Assembly (NCBI GenBank): GCA_964475835.1
Contig: CAYYYL010000011.1
Location: forward strand, 22,494 to 86,493
Direction: 5' to 3'
From: an uncultured Verrucomicrobiota bacterium
GTDB lineage: Bacteria > Verrucomicrobiota > Verrucomicrobiia > JABWAM01
Length of the DNA: 64,000 nucleotides
Under the pieces are notes generated by a model. The model searched no databases and had not been told where the DNA came from. It saw only the letters and a list, made by a program, of their open reading frames with translations. The translations under genes were made by a program, and so were the position numbers. The first letter of the stretch is position 1. Each line of letters begins with the position of its first letter. Below, one piece after another: positions 30,751 through 39,423 of the stretch.

Positions 30751-31806
30751 TTGAAGGTTGAATGGAACTCCCACATGACTGTTCCCGCCTCTCCCTCCAC
30801 CCCCTCAGTTGCCCAGCAATCCGCTCTGAACGACCTGCTGCCGGCGATCCGGGCTCACTTCAGCGAATCGAACGCCCCGGACACCTACGCAGGGGATTGG
30901 TCCTGGGAAAAGATCAATCACGGAGGTTCCGATCGCGAGTTCTATCGCGTTGCACGCGAATCAGAAAAGTGGATCGTGATGCACTACTCCCCCGCCCGGG
31001 AGGAAAACAGTCTCTACGCGGACATTGCCGCTTTTCTACGCAAACTTGGAGTCAACATCCCCCGACTTCTTCATCATGACCCCGACAACCATCTCATCGT
31101 GGTTGAGGATCTCGGCGAAGTCAGTCTTCACACCGTTTTTCACAAAAACCCCGCCGCACCCGAAGTGGAGGCTTTATATGCGAAAGCCCTGGATCAGGTG
31201 AATCTCCTTCACCGCCAGACCCAGGCCCCCGTGAAAACGATGCCCGGCTTTGACGAAAAACTTTATCGCTGGGAACGAACCTACTTCTTCGACAATCTAG
31301 TCGAGCGTTTCGCAGGCATCCAGCTCCCCCCCGATGAGCGCGCTGAAATCGAAATCGAATGCGAACGACGCGCCCAGGAACTCCTTAAGGAACCGCTCTG
31401 TCTCATTCACCGGGATTTTCAATCCCAGAATCTCATGATCCGGGATGGAGATGTCTGGTTGATCGATTTTCAAGGCATGCGCTCCGGTCACGCCGCCTAC
31501 GATGTCGCCTCCCTTCTCTACGATCCCTACGTGCATCTCACCCCGCAACAGAGGCATTCGCTGTTGAAACACTACATCTCCATCAGTCATCACGACACCC
31601 GGTTCGAAGAAATGTTCTATCGTGCCGCGGTGCAACGCCTCATGCAGGCCCTGGGAGCCTACGGATTCCTCGGCCTCGCCAGGGACAAGAAATCCTTTCT
31701 CCAACACATTCCCCAGGGACTTCAAAATCTGACCCAGGCCCTGGCTCAGATCGACTCCTCTCCTCATACCCTCCGTCTGCTTCGTCAGATCGAGCATCGC
31801 CGGTAA
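30751..31806 (+). CDS. APH-fold phosphotransferase (COG3178/AmgK-like kinase family)
   Basis: 351 aa; Brenner-type catalytic loop LIHRDFQSQNLMI and metal-binding DFQGM; resembles the motif I recall for anomeric sugar kinases (AmgK) rather than Hanks Ser/Thr kinases; no murU nearby. Confidence 0.5.
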   Translation: MKVEWNSHMTVPASPSTPSVAQQSALNDLLPAIRAHFSESNAPDTYAGDWSWEKINHGGSDREFYRVARESEKWIVMHYSPAREENSLYADIAAFLRKLGVNIPRLLHHDPDNHLIVVEDLGEVSLHTVFHKNPAAPEVEALYAKALDQVNLLHRQTQAPVKTMPGFDEKLYRWERTYFFDNLVERFAGIQLPPDERAEIEIECERRAQELLKEPLCLIHRDFQSQNLMIRDGDVWLIDFQGMRSGHAAYDVASLLYDPYVHLTPQQRHSLLKHYISISHHDTRFEEMFYRAAVQRLMQALGAYGFLGLARDKKSFLQHIPQGLQNLTQALAQIDSSPHTLRLLRQIEHRR

Positions 31807-31825
31807 CCCCTCCCATCAGAGTTCG

Positions 31826-32602
31826 GTGCGCATGGAACGCAGGACTTTTCAATCCGGAGAGTGGATCCTCAAGCAGGGGGATCCCGGCAGCAATGCCTAC
31901 CGTGTTCTCAGCGGTCAGGTCGAAGTCATCCTTCACCGGGACAACCAAACCATTTCCCTCGCCGTGCTTGGACCCGGGGAGATTTTCGGCGAGATGGGAA
32001 TGATCGACGACAAACCCCGTTCAGCATCCGTTCGCGCCATGGAGACCGCGGAAGTGGAAATGGTCTCCCCTCAGGAATTCAACACCTGCATCCTGACCAA
32101 CCCCCAGAAACTCGTTCCCTACCTCAAATCATTTTTCGAACGACTCCGCCGCAGTAACGAACACTTCAACCCCCTGAGCGCCCGCTCCACACCCGCCGCG
32201 GCGCGAAAAAATCCACCCCCCGAACCTGAGAACGTTCATTTGAAAGCGGCGACCGAACACCTCCGGCAGAGAATCCTGAAATCCGAGTTCGTGGCACGAA
32301 AATTTCCATTTCGCATGGGGCGCTGGTCGGATGACTTTCAATCCGACGTTTTCATTTCCAATGATCTCTTCATTCGCGACGAATTCCCCTACCAGATTTC
32401 ACGCAATCACTGTGCCATTGAACGCGAGGGGCTGCAGTTCTATATCCTAGATCGTGGAAGCGCCCTCGGCACAACGGTCAATGGAGTCCACATCGGAGGG
32501 AAAGGGGGAGACACGGTCGCCCCACTTCGTTCGGGTGAAAATGAATTGCGACTCGGAGGTGAAACCAGCCCCTACCTGTTTCACCTCACCCTGAACACCT
32601 GA
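31826..32602 (+). CDS. cyclic-nucleotide-binding domain / FHA domain fusion protein
   Basis: 258 aa; N-terminal CNB domain (FGEMGMIDDKPRSASVRA), C-terminal FHA-like segment (FRMGRW...ISRNHCAIERE...YILDRGSALGTTVNG). Confidence 0.65.
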   Translation: MRMERRTFQSGEWILKQGDPGSNAYRVLSGQVEVILHRDNQTISLAVLGPGEIFGEMGMIDDKPRSASVRAMETAEVEMVSPQEFNTCILTNPQKLVPYLKSFFERLRRSNEHFNPLSARSTPAAARKNPPPEPENVHLKAATEHLRQRILKSEFVARKFPFRMGRWSDDFQSDVFISNDLFIRDEFPYQISRNHCAIEREGLQFYILDRGSALGTTVNGVHIGGKGGDTVAPLRSGENELRLGGETSPYLFHLTLNT

Positions 32603-32668
32603 ACCCCATCCATTCATGAAAACGACGCATTGCGTTCCCTCCACCTTCAGGCAAAATATCATCACCCT

Positions 32669-33511
32669 ATGATCAAGACCATTCTCCTCTGCGTCGACGG
32701 TTCAAAATATTCCGAGACCGCCACTCGAACCGCGGCCTGGCTGACAAAAAAACTCAAACTCCAGCTCCGTGTGCTCAGCGTCTCCGATTCCCGACTGCTC
32801 GAAGGTCCCTGGCTGGCCGATCTCTCCGGCCTTACGGGCGCCCAACCCTTCCAGGCACTGGCTCCCCAGATGCGCGAGCTCTACGATCGGAAGGCCCGTT
32901 CCACCGCTGAAAGCGCGGCCGCTCTCGCTCGCAAGGAGGGTGCCGCCTGCGAATCCGAAACGCGTCATGGCATTCTGGTGGATGAAATTCTTCAGGCCGA
33001 GCGCACCGCTGAACTCGTGGTCATGGGACAAAAAGGCGAGGGTTTCGAAGCCACCGGGGAATGGCTGGGCTCCAATGTCGAACGCGTCATTCGCAAATCC
33101 ATCAAGCCCTGTCTGATCACCCCCCCGGAATTCCGCCCGATTCAATCCATTCTCGCCGCCTATGATGGAAGCGAACACGCCAACCGGGCCCTCTACAGCG
33201 GCGTCGAACTGGCCAAGTCCTTGAAATGCAAACTCATCATTCTTGCCGTGGAAAACTCCTCCGACGAGGAGGAGAAGTCCTGGGCCCTCAAGGAAGCCCT
33301 GGAAATCGCTGAAAAACAGGGCGTGCACGCCACCCCCATGGCCCTGCACGGCACTCCCGAGGAAAAAATCCTGGAGATTGCCGCCCGGGAAAATTGCGAC
33401 CTGATCGTGATGGGCGCCTACGGACACACCCGTCTGCGGGAACTTGTGCTGGGAAGCGTCACCAGTCACGTCATCCGTAAAAGCCAGATTGCCGTGCTGC
33501 TCGCGCGATAA
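32669..33511 (+). CDS. tandem universal stress protein (UspA) domains
   Basis: Start at MIKTILLCVDGSKYSE; two UspA repeats each with the hallmark VVMG/ IVMGAYGHT ATP-binding region. Confidence 0.8.
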   Translation: MIKTILLCVDGSKYSETATRTAAWLTKKLKLQLRVLSVSDSRLLEGPWLADLSGLTGAQPFQALAPQMRELYDRKARSTAESAAALARKEGAACESETRHGILVDEILQAERTAELVVMGQKGEGFEATGEWLGSNVERVIRKSIKPCLITPPEFRPIQSILAAYDGSEHANRALYSGVELAKSLKCKLIILAVENSSDEEEKSWALKEALEIAEKQGVHATPMALHGTPEEKILEIAARENCDLIVMGAYGHTRLRELVLGSVTSHVIRKSQIAVLLAR

Positions 33512-33545
33512 ATAAACTCATCGCCCGCGACTCATGCTTTTCATA

Positions 33546-33607
33546 GGGGTAGGGCGCGACCGCCGGGCGCGCCGATAAGACGGGTGGCCCAGCGGTCCAC
33601 CCCTACC
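33546..33607 (+). repeat. structured palindromic element, family 1 (GGTAGGGCGCGACCGCYGGGCGCGCCGA...), copy A
   Basis: Outer stem GGTAGGG/CCCTACC enclosing hairpin GCGCG-ACCGCCGGG-CGCGC and hairpin GGGTGG-CCCAGCGGT-CCACCC. Second copy at 61036..61096 has compensatory changes in hairpin 2. Confidence 0.6.
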
Positions 33608-33631
33608 TGCTGAAATCAGCAGACGACCGGC

Positions 33632-33730
33632 CTACTTCTTCTTTTTCGCGGCCTTGGAGGCTTTCTTCTTGCGCTTCAAATACGCTTTGCGACGCTGACG
33701 CTTGATGCCCTTGTTGTATTGCTTGCTCAT
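33632..33730 (-). CDS. small highly basic ORF (32 aa: MSKQYNKGIKRQRRKAYLKRKKKASKAAKKKK); coordinates +/-1
   Basis: Not in ORF track (<60 aa). Complete ATG..TAG frame read manually from the reverse complement; pI >12. Could be a small nucleic-acid-binding or ribosome-associated protein, or spurious. Confidence 0.3.
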   Translation of the reverse strand: MSKQYNKGIKRQRRKAYLKRKKKASKAAKKKK

Positions 33731-33815
33731 AGGCAGATAGAAGACAGGAGACGGAAGGCAGAATCCAGAAAATTAAATGAAGGAGAAGACAGGAGATAGA
33801 AGACCGGAAACAGGA

Positions 33816-33840
33816 GATTCTTCGCTTCGCTCAGAATGAC
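33816..33840 (+). repeat. solo copy of the 25-nt GATTCTTCGCTTCGCTCAGAATGAC repeat arm
   Basis: 25/25 identical to reverse complement of 10867..10891; no partner arm found nearby. Confidence 0.65.
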
Positions 33841-33955
33841 GGGTATCGATGTTTGAATTTCAATAACGTTTCAACTTCATCTTGAGGGAGTTGGAGAAGA
33901 AAACTCTCTCTGAATTCTGTCTCCCGTCTCCTGCCTTCCACCTCCTTCCCGCGCC

Positions 33956-35209
33956 TCACCCAAATGGATGAAAGGCCGATGCGGGAACAGGCGGGGCCAT
34001 GTCACCCGCGGAAATTTCCCGGACAATCTGAAGCCCCAGGAGAAGAATGGACACAATCGGAATCGCGAGAAACATGCCCCACGCACCCGCCACGCTCTCG
34101 CCCACCAGCACTGCGGTGATGACCAGCACGGGATGCAGATGGTGACTCCGCCCGTAGATGGTTGGAATGAAAATCAGATCGTCACACAATCGGCTCGCAA
34201 CACAGACACCAAGGTATCCCAACGCGATGCTCGACGAGTTGTCCACCATGCCAACTGTAAGGATCAGTCCGAGCACGGTGTAGAGCGCCGGCCCAAGCAG
34301 GGGGATCGCATTCAATACAAACGCTATCAACCCGAGCACCATGGGAAACTTGGCTCCCACAAGATAACTCCCCACCCCCACCATGACGCCCACAAGACTG
34401 CAATCCAACAGCATGCTCTGAAGATACGAATGCATGCGCCGGTTCAGTTCATAGGAAAATTTCAATGCAGGCTCAAAGTACCGATTGGGAATCCACTCGA
34501 TCACGTTCTTTTTGAATTTCCGCCCATCCTTGAGCAGGAAAAAGGTGAAAAAGGAAATGAGAACCAGATTGAAAAAGAGGCTCGCCACCTGCTTGGCCAT
34601 GTCAAACGCCCGGGCCATGATCTGATGGAGAACAAAATTTTTGATATCCTCACTGAGGTTGCGTTTAGGAGATTCCTTCTTCAACTCCTCCCTGCCTGGA
34701 CTTGATTCGGGAGGACGTGACGAAACGGCCGATCGGTCTTCCCCATCCGTTCCAGGCGCCATGAGGGACTCATCCCCCTCTATCCATCGTTTTAATAACG
34801 GCACCTCCTCCTCCGCACGGTTCACCACTTGACCAATCGCAGCTACAATTCGATTTTGAAAAATATCCAGGGTGACCTTCTCACGAATTTCCGCGCTCAA
34901 TCCCAACAAACGCAACCAGATCAAATAGATCAGAAAAAACACCCCCAGAAACACCAGCGCCGTTCCCGCCCAGCGACGAATGGAATTTTTCTCGAGAAAA
35001 TCGACCACGGGGTTGAGCAGATAGTAGAGTCCGACCGAAACAATGAGGGAGCTGAAGAGAATGGGAACCTCATGATAGAGGAGCCAGAGGATGCCGAGCG
35101 AAACAACCGGAAGTCCAATCTTCACCCATTTGCTGAACCGTCGACCCTGAAAGACAACCGGATGAGGAAGATGATCCGCACGATCGATATGGAGATGACG
35201 TCCAGGCAT
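33956..35209 (-). CDS. AI-2E family transporter (PerM/YhhT, UPF0118)
   Basis: 417 aa; 8 TM layout with large central hydrophilic insertion; C-terminal conserved region GLILTVGMVDN...IPLLGPALY characteristic of AI-2E family. Confidence 0.7.
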   Translation of the reverse strand: MPGRHLHIDRADHLPHPVVFQGRRFSKWVKIGLPVVSLGILWLLYHEVPILFSSLIVSVGLYYLLNPVVDFLEKNSIRRWAGTALVFLGVFFLIYLIWLRLLGLSAEIREKVTLDIFQNRIVAAIGQVVNRAEEEVPLLKRWIEGDESLMAPGTDGEDRSAVSSRPPESSPGREELKKESPKRNLSEDIKNFVLHQIMARAFDMAKQVASLFFNLVLISFFTFFLLKDGRKFKKNVIEWIPNRYFEPALKFSYELNRRMHSYLQSMLLDCSLVGVMVGVGSYLVGAKFPMVLGLIAFVLNAIPLLGPALYTVLGLILTVGMVDNSSSIALGYLGVCVASRLCDDLIFIPTIYGRSHHLHPVLVITAVLVGESVAGAWGMFLAIPIVSILLLGLQIVREISAGDMAPPVPASAFHPFG

Positions 35210-35218
35210 TGGAAAACT

Positions 35219-35752
35219 TCAGCCCTGAATCAACTGCAGCATCGCACGCATGCGCATCCCCATCTGTTTGGAAAGCGCCAGAAGGATCTTCGACGCAAGC
35301 ACGGGACGATGCTTCATCAGATCAAACAGCTCCGTATGGTAAAACCCGAGCAACTCCGTTTTTTCCCCCGCTGTCGCCGTGGCGGAACGGCCACTCCCAT
35401 CCACAAAACTGACCTCCCCAAACACCTCTCCCGGCGGAAGCCGGGCCACCTTCCCCTTGCCCGAGGGATCCGCCTTGCCAATCACCACCTCCCCGCGCAA
35501 CACCACATACAACCCAAATCCAGGCTCACCCTCGTTGAAAATCGTTTCTCCCGCCGAAAAAGTTCGTTCGTGCAAAAGATGAAGCAAATCGATAAGTTCC
35601 TGCTCGTTGAGATCACCGAAGATGAATGTCCGCTTCAACAATTGAATGATCTCCCGCTGACGCGGGTCCAACCTCCGGAAAATCAGGGAAAGGATCGGTA
35701 AATGACGCGCCTTTGCAAGCAGGCCACGACCACGATGCGAAAAGGCAGACAT
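35219..35752 (-). CDS. stand-alone cyclic-nucleotide-binding domain protein
   Basis: 177 aa; CNB phosphate-binding cassette FGEVSFVDGSGRSATA; immediately upstream of, and co-oriented with, the AI-2E transporter (9-nt gap). Confidence 0.7.
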   Translation of the reverse strand: MSAFSHRGRGLLAKARHLPILSLIFRRLDPRQREIIQLLKRTFIFGDLNEQELIDLLHLLHERTFSAGETIFNEGEPGFGLYVVLRGEVVIGKADPSGKGKVARLPPGEVFGEVSFVDGSGRSATATAGEKTELLGFYHTELFDLMKHRPVLASKILLALSKQMGMRMRAMLQLIQG

Positions 35753-35850
35753 GCCTCTATACGACAGGAATCCTTCATCGAGTCAAGTTCCCCCTTTTCC
35801 TGCCGATAAATTCGAGAAGGAGCCTTCTCCTCATTTATACCCTTTGACTT

Positions 35851-38040
35851 ATGTTTAAACCCTGGATGACCATATGTCTATTGACACTCGCAAGCTCGCT
35901 TGTGAGTGCAGGTCCCGTTGGCCTCAAATCCGCACGCATTGAGGAACTGGCCGGGGAAGTGTCCTACCACAAGGCGGGTTCTGCAGCAGCCGAAAAGGCA
36001 CAGGTTAAAACGGTGGTGACTGGTAAGGATATCGTTCACACGGGAAAAAAATCCCGTGCCGAGCTTGAATTCGAAGATCAGTCCCTTTGTCGCCTCGGCT
36101 CCAACACCATCTTCAGTTTTGACCCCGAAACGAGGGACATGGCTTTTACCCGTGGGGTTGCCCTCGTGCACGTCCCCCCCGGCAAGGGAGGGGCCCGCAT
36201 CGCCACTCCCGCGGCCACAGCAGCCATTCAAGGAGACACCCTGGTCGTTCGCGCCACGGTGATGGCTGACGGGACGCCCGCCACGCAATTCACCGCCCTT
36301 TCACCCAAAGGCGGGCCTACGGACGGAAACATTGTCATCACTCTCAACAACAATCCCAACGCATCCTTTCAACTCGCCCCCGGAAACATCGCCATCGTCC
36401 CGCAGAACGCCACCTCCGTCGACCAGATCCCGCGGGTGGAGATTGACGTCTCCACCTTTGCCGCCAAATCCCCCCTCCTTCAGGATCTTCCTGACACAGC
36501 CAAGGTCGAAATGAACATGGTCCAGGTGGAGCAGCAACAGGCTTTTACCTCGGGAGCCGCTGTTCGAACCGACCTCGCCATCGTCAATGACCGGGTCGTC
36601 AAAGCCGATGGGAATGGAAATTTCACACCTCCTCCGGTCAACAAACCCAATCCACAGGGCACGGCCACTCCACCATCCGTCCAGGATTTCGCAGGGTCAA
36701 TGCCCGATCAACCACCCCCGCTTTTTGATGCACATCCCAACTTCTTCGCGGGAACGGATTTTCCAAAAGATGTTCTACCAGGAAATTTTCAGCTACCCCC
36801 CCCGACATTGGATACCTTGGCACGCTCTTTCACGAGCGTGAATCCTCTTACCTTCTCCAGTGTCACCTTCGATACGGCCCTTGGAACCATCAATGGAAGC
36901 CATTCATCCCCCAGCACCTTTGAATTCGGCTGGAATGAATCGGTCGGACGATTCTACGTCGACACGCTGACCCTCAGCGGCGGCACCATCACCGTTCAGG
37001 GGGGAAAAGCGCTGGAGATCTTCTCTTCGAATAACAGCGCCGCCGGGGCCCCCATCAACATCACGGGCAACACCACCTTCACCTTTAGTGGAGCAACCCC
37101 CAAAAGCGTCACCCTTCAGGTGGACGGTCAGGGCGGCAACGCTCAGATTTCGGGTGGCACCACCGTGACTGCAAACGGCACGGATCTTAACATCCACACC
37201 ATTCCAGGCGGCCCAGCTGCAGGGAATGTCACCATGGGGGCTGCCTCCAAAATCGCGGTCAATGCAGGATCCGTCGCCGAGGATGCCGGTTCCATCGTCC
37301 TCACAGGAAAAGCCGTCACGGTTGCGGGCCTTGAAGCCAAAGGCATCGACAACGCAGGCGGCAATGCCACCCATGGGGGAGCGATCATTGTAAATTCAGT
37401 GAACACCACCACCATCAATGGGACCATCAACGCACAGGGCGGTTCAAGTTCCGGCAGCAACGGCAATGGCGGGGACGCCGGATTCACTGCTCTTTCCGGC
37501 GACAATATCGCCCTCGGCGGAAGCGCTCTTATCAACTCCAACGGTGGTTCAGGCAATGGAAGCGGGACCGGAGGCACCGGAGGCACGGTGCTCATTGTCG
37601 CTCCGAACACATCTCTCACCACGGTTGCGGCCAATGATATTTCAGTCAATGGCGGCACCGGCAATCAAGGTGGAGCGGGCGGAAACATTAGTATCTTTGT
37701 CAAAGACCTGACCACTCCAGCCGGATCCCAACTTTCCGCCGCAGGTGGACCGGGAGGTGGACCTGGAGGCGACGGAGGCAGCATTCTTGTCCACGCTTCG
37801 GGCACCACCGGAATCAGCATCACTTCCAGCGGAACCACTTCCATCAATGCGGCCGGGGGCTCAGGAGCACCTCCCCTTGACGGGATCGTCGTCCTGCAAG
37901 CACCCAATGGCGCCGTCACTCTCAGCGGTTCCACGCCCGCCGCCGTCAGTGCGGGACCTTCAGGGGAGGTCCACATCGATTCTCCCAGCATCACCGCTCC
38001 GGCAGGAAGCACGGATCCCTATCCACCCCAGACACCATAA
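35851..38040 (+). CDS. secreted FecR-domain protein with long glycine-rich beta-helix-like C-terminal region
   Basis: 729 aa; signal peptide MFKPWMTICLLTLASSLVSA; FecR-like segment (GKKSRAELEFEDQSLCRLGSNTIFSF); C-terminal ~350 aa of GGxGG/ NGG/ TGG repeats (GGSSSGSNGNGGDAG..., GGTGNQGGAGGN..., GGPGGGPGGDGGS). Confidence 0.55.
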   Translation: MFKPWMTICLLTLASSLVSAGPVGLKSARIEELAGEVSYHKAGSAAAEKAQVKTVVTGKDIVHTGKKSRAELEFEDQSLCRLGSNTIFSFDPETRDMAFTRGVALVHVPPGKGGARIATPAATAAIQGDTLVVRATVMADGTPATQFTALSPKGGPTDGNIVITLNNNPNASFQLAPGNIAIVPQNATSVDQIPRVEIDVSTFAAKSPLLQDLPDTAKVEMNMVQVEQQQAFTSGAAVRTDLAIVNDRVVKADGNGNFTPPPVNKPNPQGTATPPSVQDFAGSMPDQPPPLFDAHPNFFAGTDFPKDVLPGNFQLPPPTLDTLARSFTSVNPLTFSSVTFDTALGTINGSHSSPSTFEFGWNESVGRFYVDTLTLSGGTITVQGGKALEIFSSNNSAAGAPINITGNTTFTFSGATPKSVTLQVDGQGGNAQISGGTTVTANGTDLNIHTIPGGPAAGNVTMGAASKIAVNAGSVAEDAGSIVLTGKAVTVAGLEAKGIDNAGGNATHGGAIIVNSVNTTTINGTINAQGGSSSGSNGNGGDAGFTALSGDNIALGGSALINSNGGSGNGSGTGGTGGTVLIVAPNTSLTTVAANDISVNGGTGNQGGAGGNISIFVKDLTTPAGSQLSAAGGPGGGPGGDGGSILVHASGTTGISITSSGTTSINAAGGSGAPPLDGIVVLQAPNGAVTLSGSTPAAVSAGPSGEVHIDSPSITAPAGSTDPYPPQTP

Positions 38041-38043
38041 TCG

Positions 38044-39423
38044 TCACAACACGGTACCGCGAAGGATCATCGATGCGATGGTGAAATAGATCACCAGCCC
38101 GGTCACATCCACCAACGTGGCCACAAAGGGCGCCGAGGAGGCCGCGGGATCAAATCCAAGACGCCGGAGAAGAAAGGGCAGCATGGCACCCACCACGCTC
38201 CCAAAAAGCACCACCCCCACCAGACTCATCGCCACCGTAAGAGCGATCAACATATAGTGCGGGCCATATAATTGATTGCGATGCGGCCAGAGAAGAATCC
38301 GGATCATGGCAATGGCGGCCAGCACACAACCCAGCGAAAATCCGGCCACCAACTCACGGCACAAGACTCGCCACCAGTCCTTCAATTTCACGTCCTGCAA
38401 CGCCATCGCACGAATGATCAAGGATGTCGCCTGGGAACCCGAATTTCCGCCGCTCGAAATAATCAGGGGAACAAACAGGGCAAGGGCCACAACCTTGGCG
38501 ATTTCATCTTCGAAATACCCCATCGCCGTCGCAGTCAGCATTTCACCAAAAAACAGAATCGTCAGCCAGCCAGCCCGCTTCCGTATCATCGACCTGAGAT
38601 CGATTTTCAAATAGGGGGCATCCAGGGCCTCCACACCCCCCAGTTTCTGGATGTCCTCGGTCGCCTCGCGCCGGGCAACATCGAGGACGTCGTCTACCGT
38701 CACCACTCCCAGAAGGATTCCCTGCGAATCAATTACAGGGAGGATGGTGACGTCATACTTTTCAAACGCATGAATCGCCGATTCCTCGGCCTCCGTCACA
38801 GGAAGCGCCACGAACTGGCCCTCCAGCAACTCACGCACCGGAACGTGAGGATCAGCCACCACCAGATTGCGCAATCTGACAAAATCGACCAATTTTCCCC
38901 CGGCATCGACCACGTACAACTGATTCATCGTCTCCCGATTCGTCTTCAACCCACGCAAATATCCGAGCACCTCCTCGACCGTCCATTTCTCCTGGATCGC
39001 CGTGTAGTGCGGGGTCATCAGACGCCCGATCGATCCCTCCGGATATCCCAAAAGCTGAACGGCGATCTTGCGCTCCTCGACCGTAAGGCAGTTCAACAGC
39101 TTCTGGGTGGCCGCAGCAGGCAATTCCTCCAGGAGTGCGGTGCGATCATCCGGCGCCATCCCATTCAAAATCTGCGCCACCTTCTCATCCCCCAGGGCTC
39201 GTACCAGCTTCTCCTGCTCCTCCAGACTGAGGTAACCAAACACCTCGGTCGCCAGTTGATGGGGCAGGATGCGAAGAAGCACTGCCTCGTCCTGGGTGTT
39301 CAGATCTGTAAAAATCTCAGCAATGTCCGACGGGGGAAATTCACACAAAATCTCGCGAAGCTGATTGAACTCCTTCCTCTCAATCAGATCGCCAAGCTCC
39401 GGCTGAATCAGGTTACCGATCAT
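38044..39423 (-). CDS. mgtE: magnesium transporter MgtE
   Basis: 459 aa; N-domain, tandem CBS, TM domain with conserved GGNSGSQ motif (IISSGGNSGSQATSLIIRA). Confidence 0.9.
   Translation of the reverse strand: MIGNLIQPELGDLIERKEFNQLREILCEFPPSDIAEIFTDLNTQDEAVLLRILPHQLATEVFGYLSLEEQEKLVRALGDEKVAQILNGMAPDDRTALLEELPAAATQKLLNCLTVEERKIAVQLLGYPEGSIGRLMTPHYTAIQEKWTVEEVLGYLRGLKTNRETMNQLYVVDAGGKLVDFVRLRNLVVADPHVPVRELLEGQFVALPVTEAEESAIHAFEKYDVTILPVIDSQGILLGVVTVDDVLDVARREATEDIQKLGGVEALDAPYLKIDLRSMIRKRAGWLTILFFGEMLTATAMGYFEDEIAKVVALALFVPLIISSGGNSGSQATSLIIRAMALQDVKLKDWWRVLCRELVAGFSLGCVLAAIAMIRILLWPHRNQLYGPHYMLIALTVAMSLVGVVLFGSVVGAMLPFLLRRLGFDPAASSAPFVATLVDVTGLVIYFTIASMILRGTVL

Noticed and set aside
26695-35752. 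Possibility that the CNB-domain proteins are Pycsar/CBASS-type defence effectors
   Set aside because: No nucleotide cyclase, TIR, pore-forming TM effector, nuclease or phospholipase partner in the neighbourhood. Flanking genes are housekeeping (pyrR, pyrB, trpG, ruvC). Interpreted as ordinary cNMP signalling instead.
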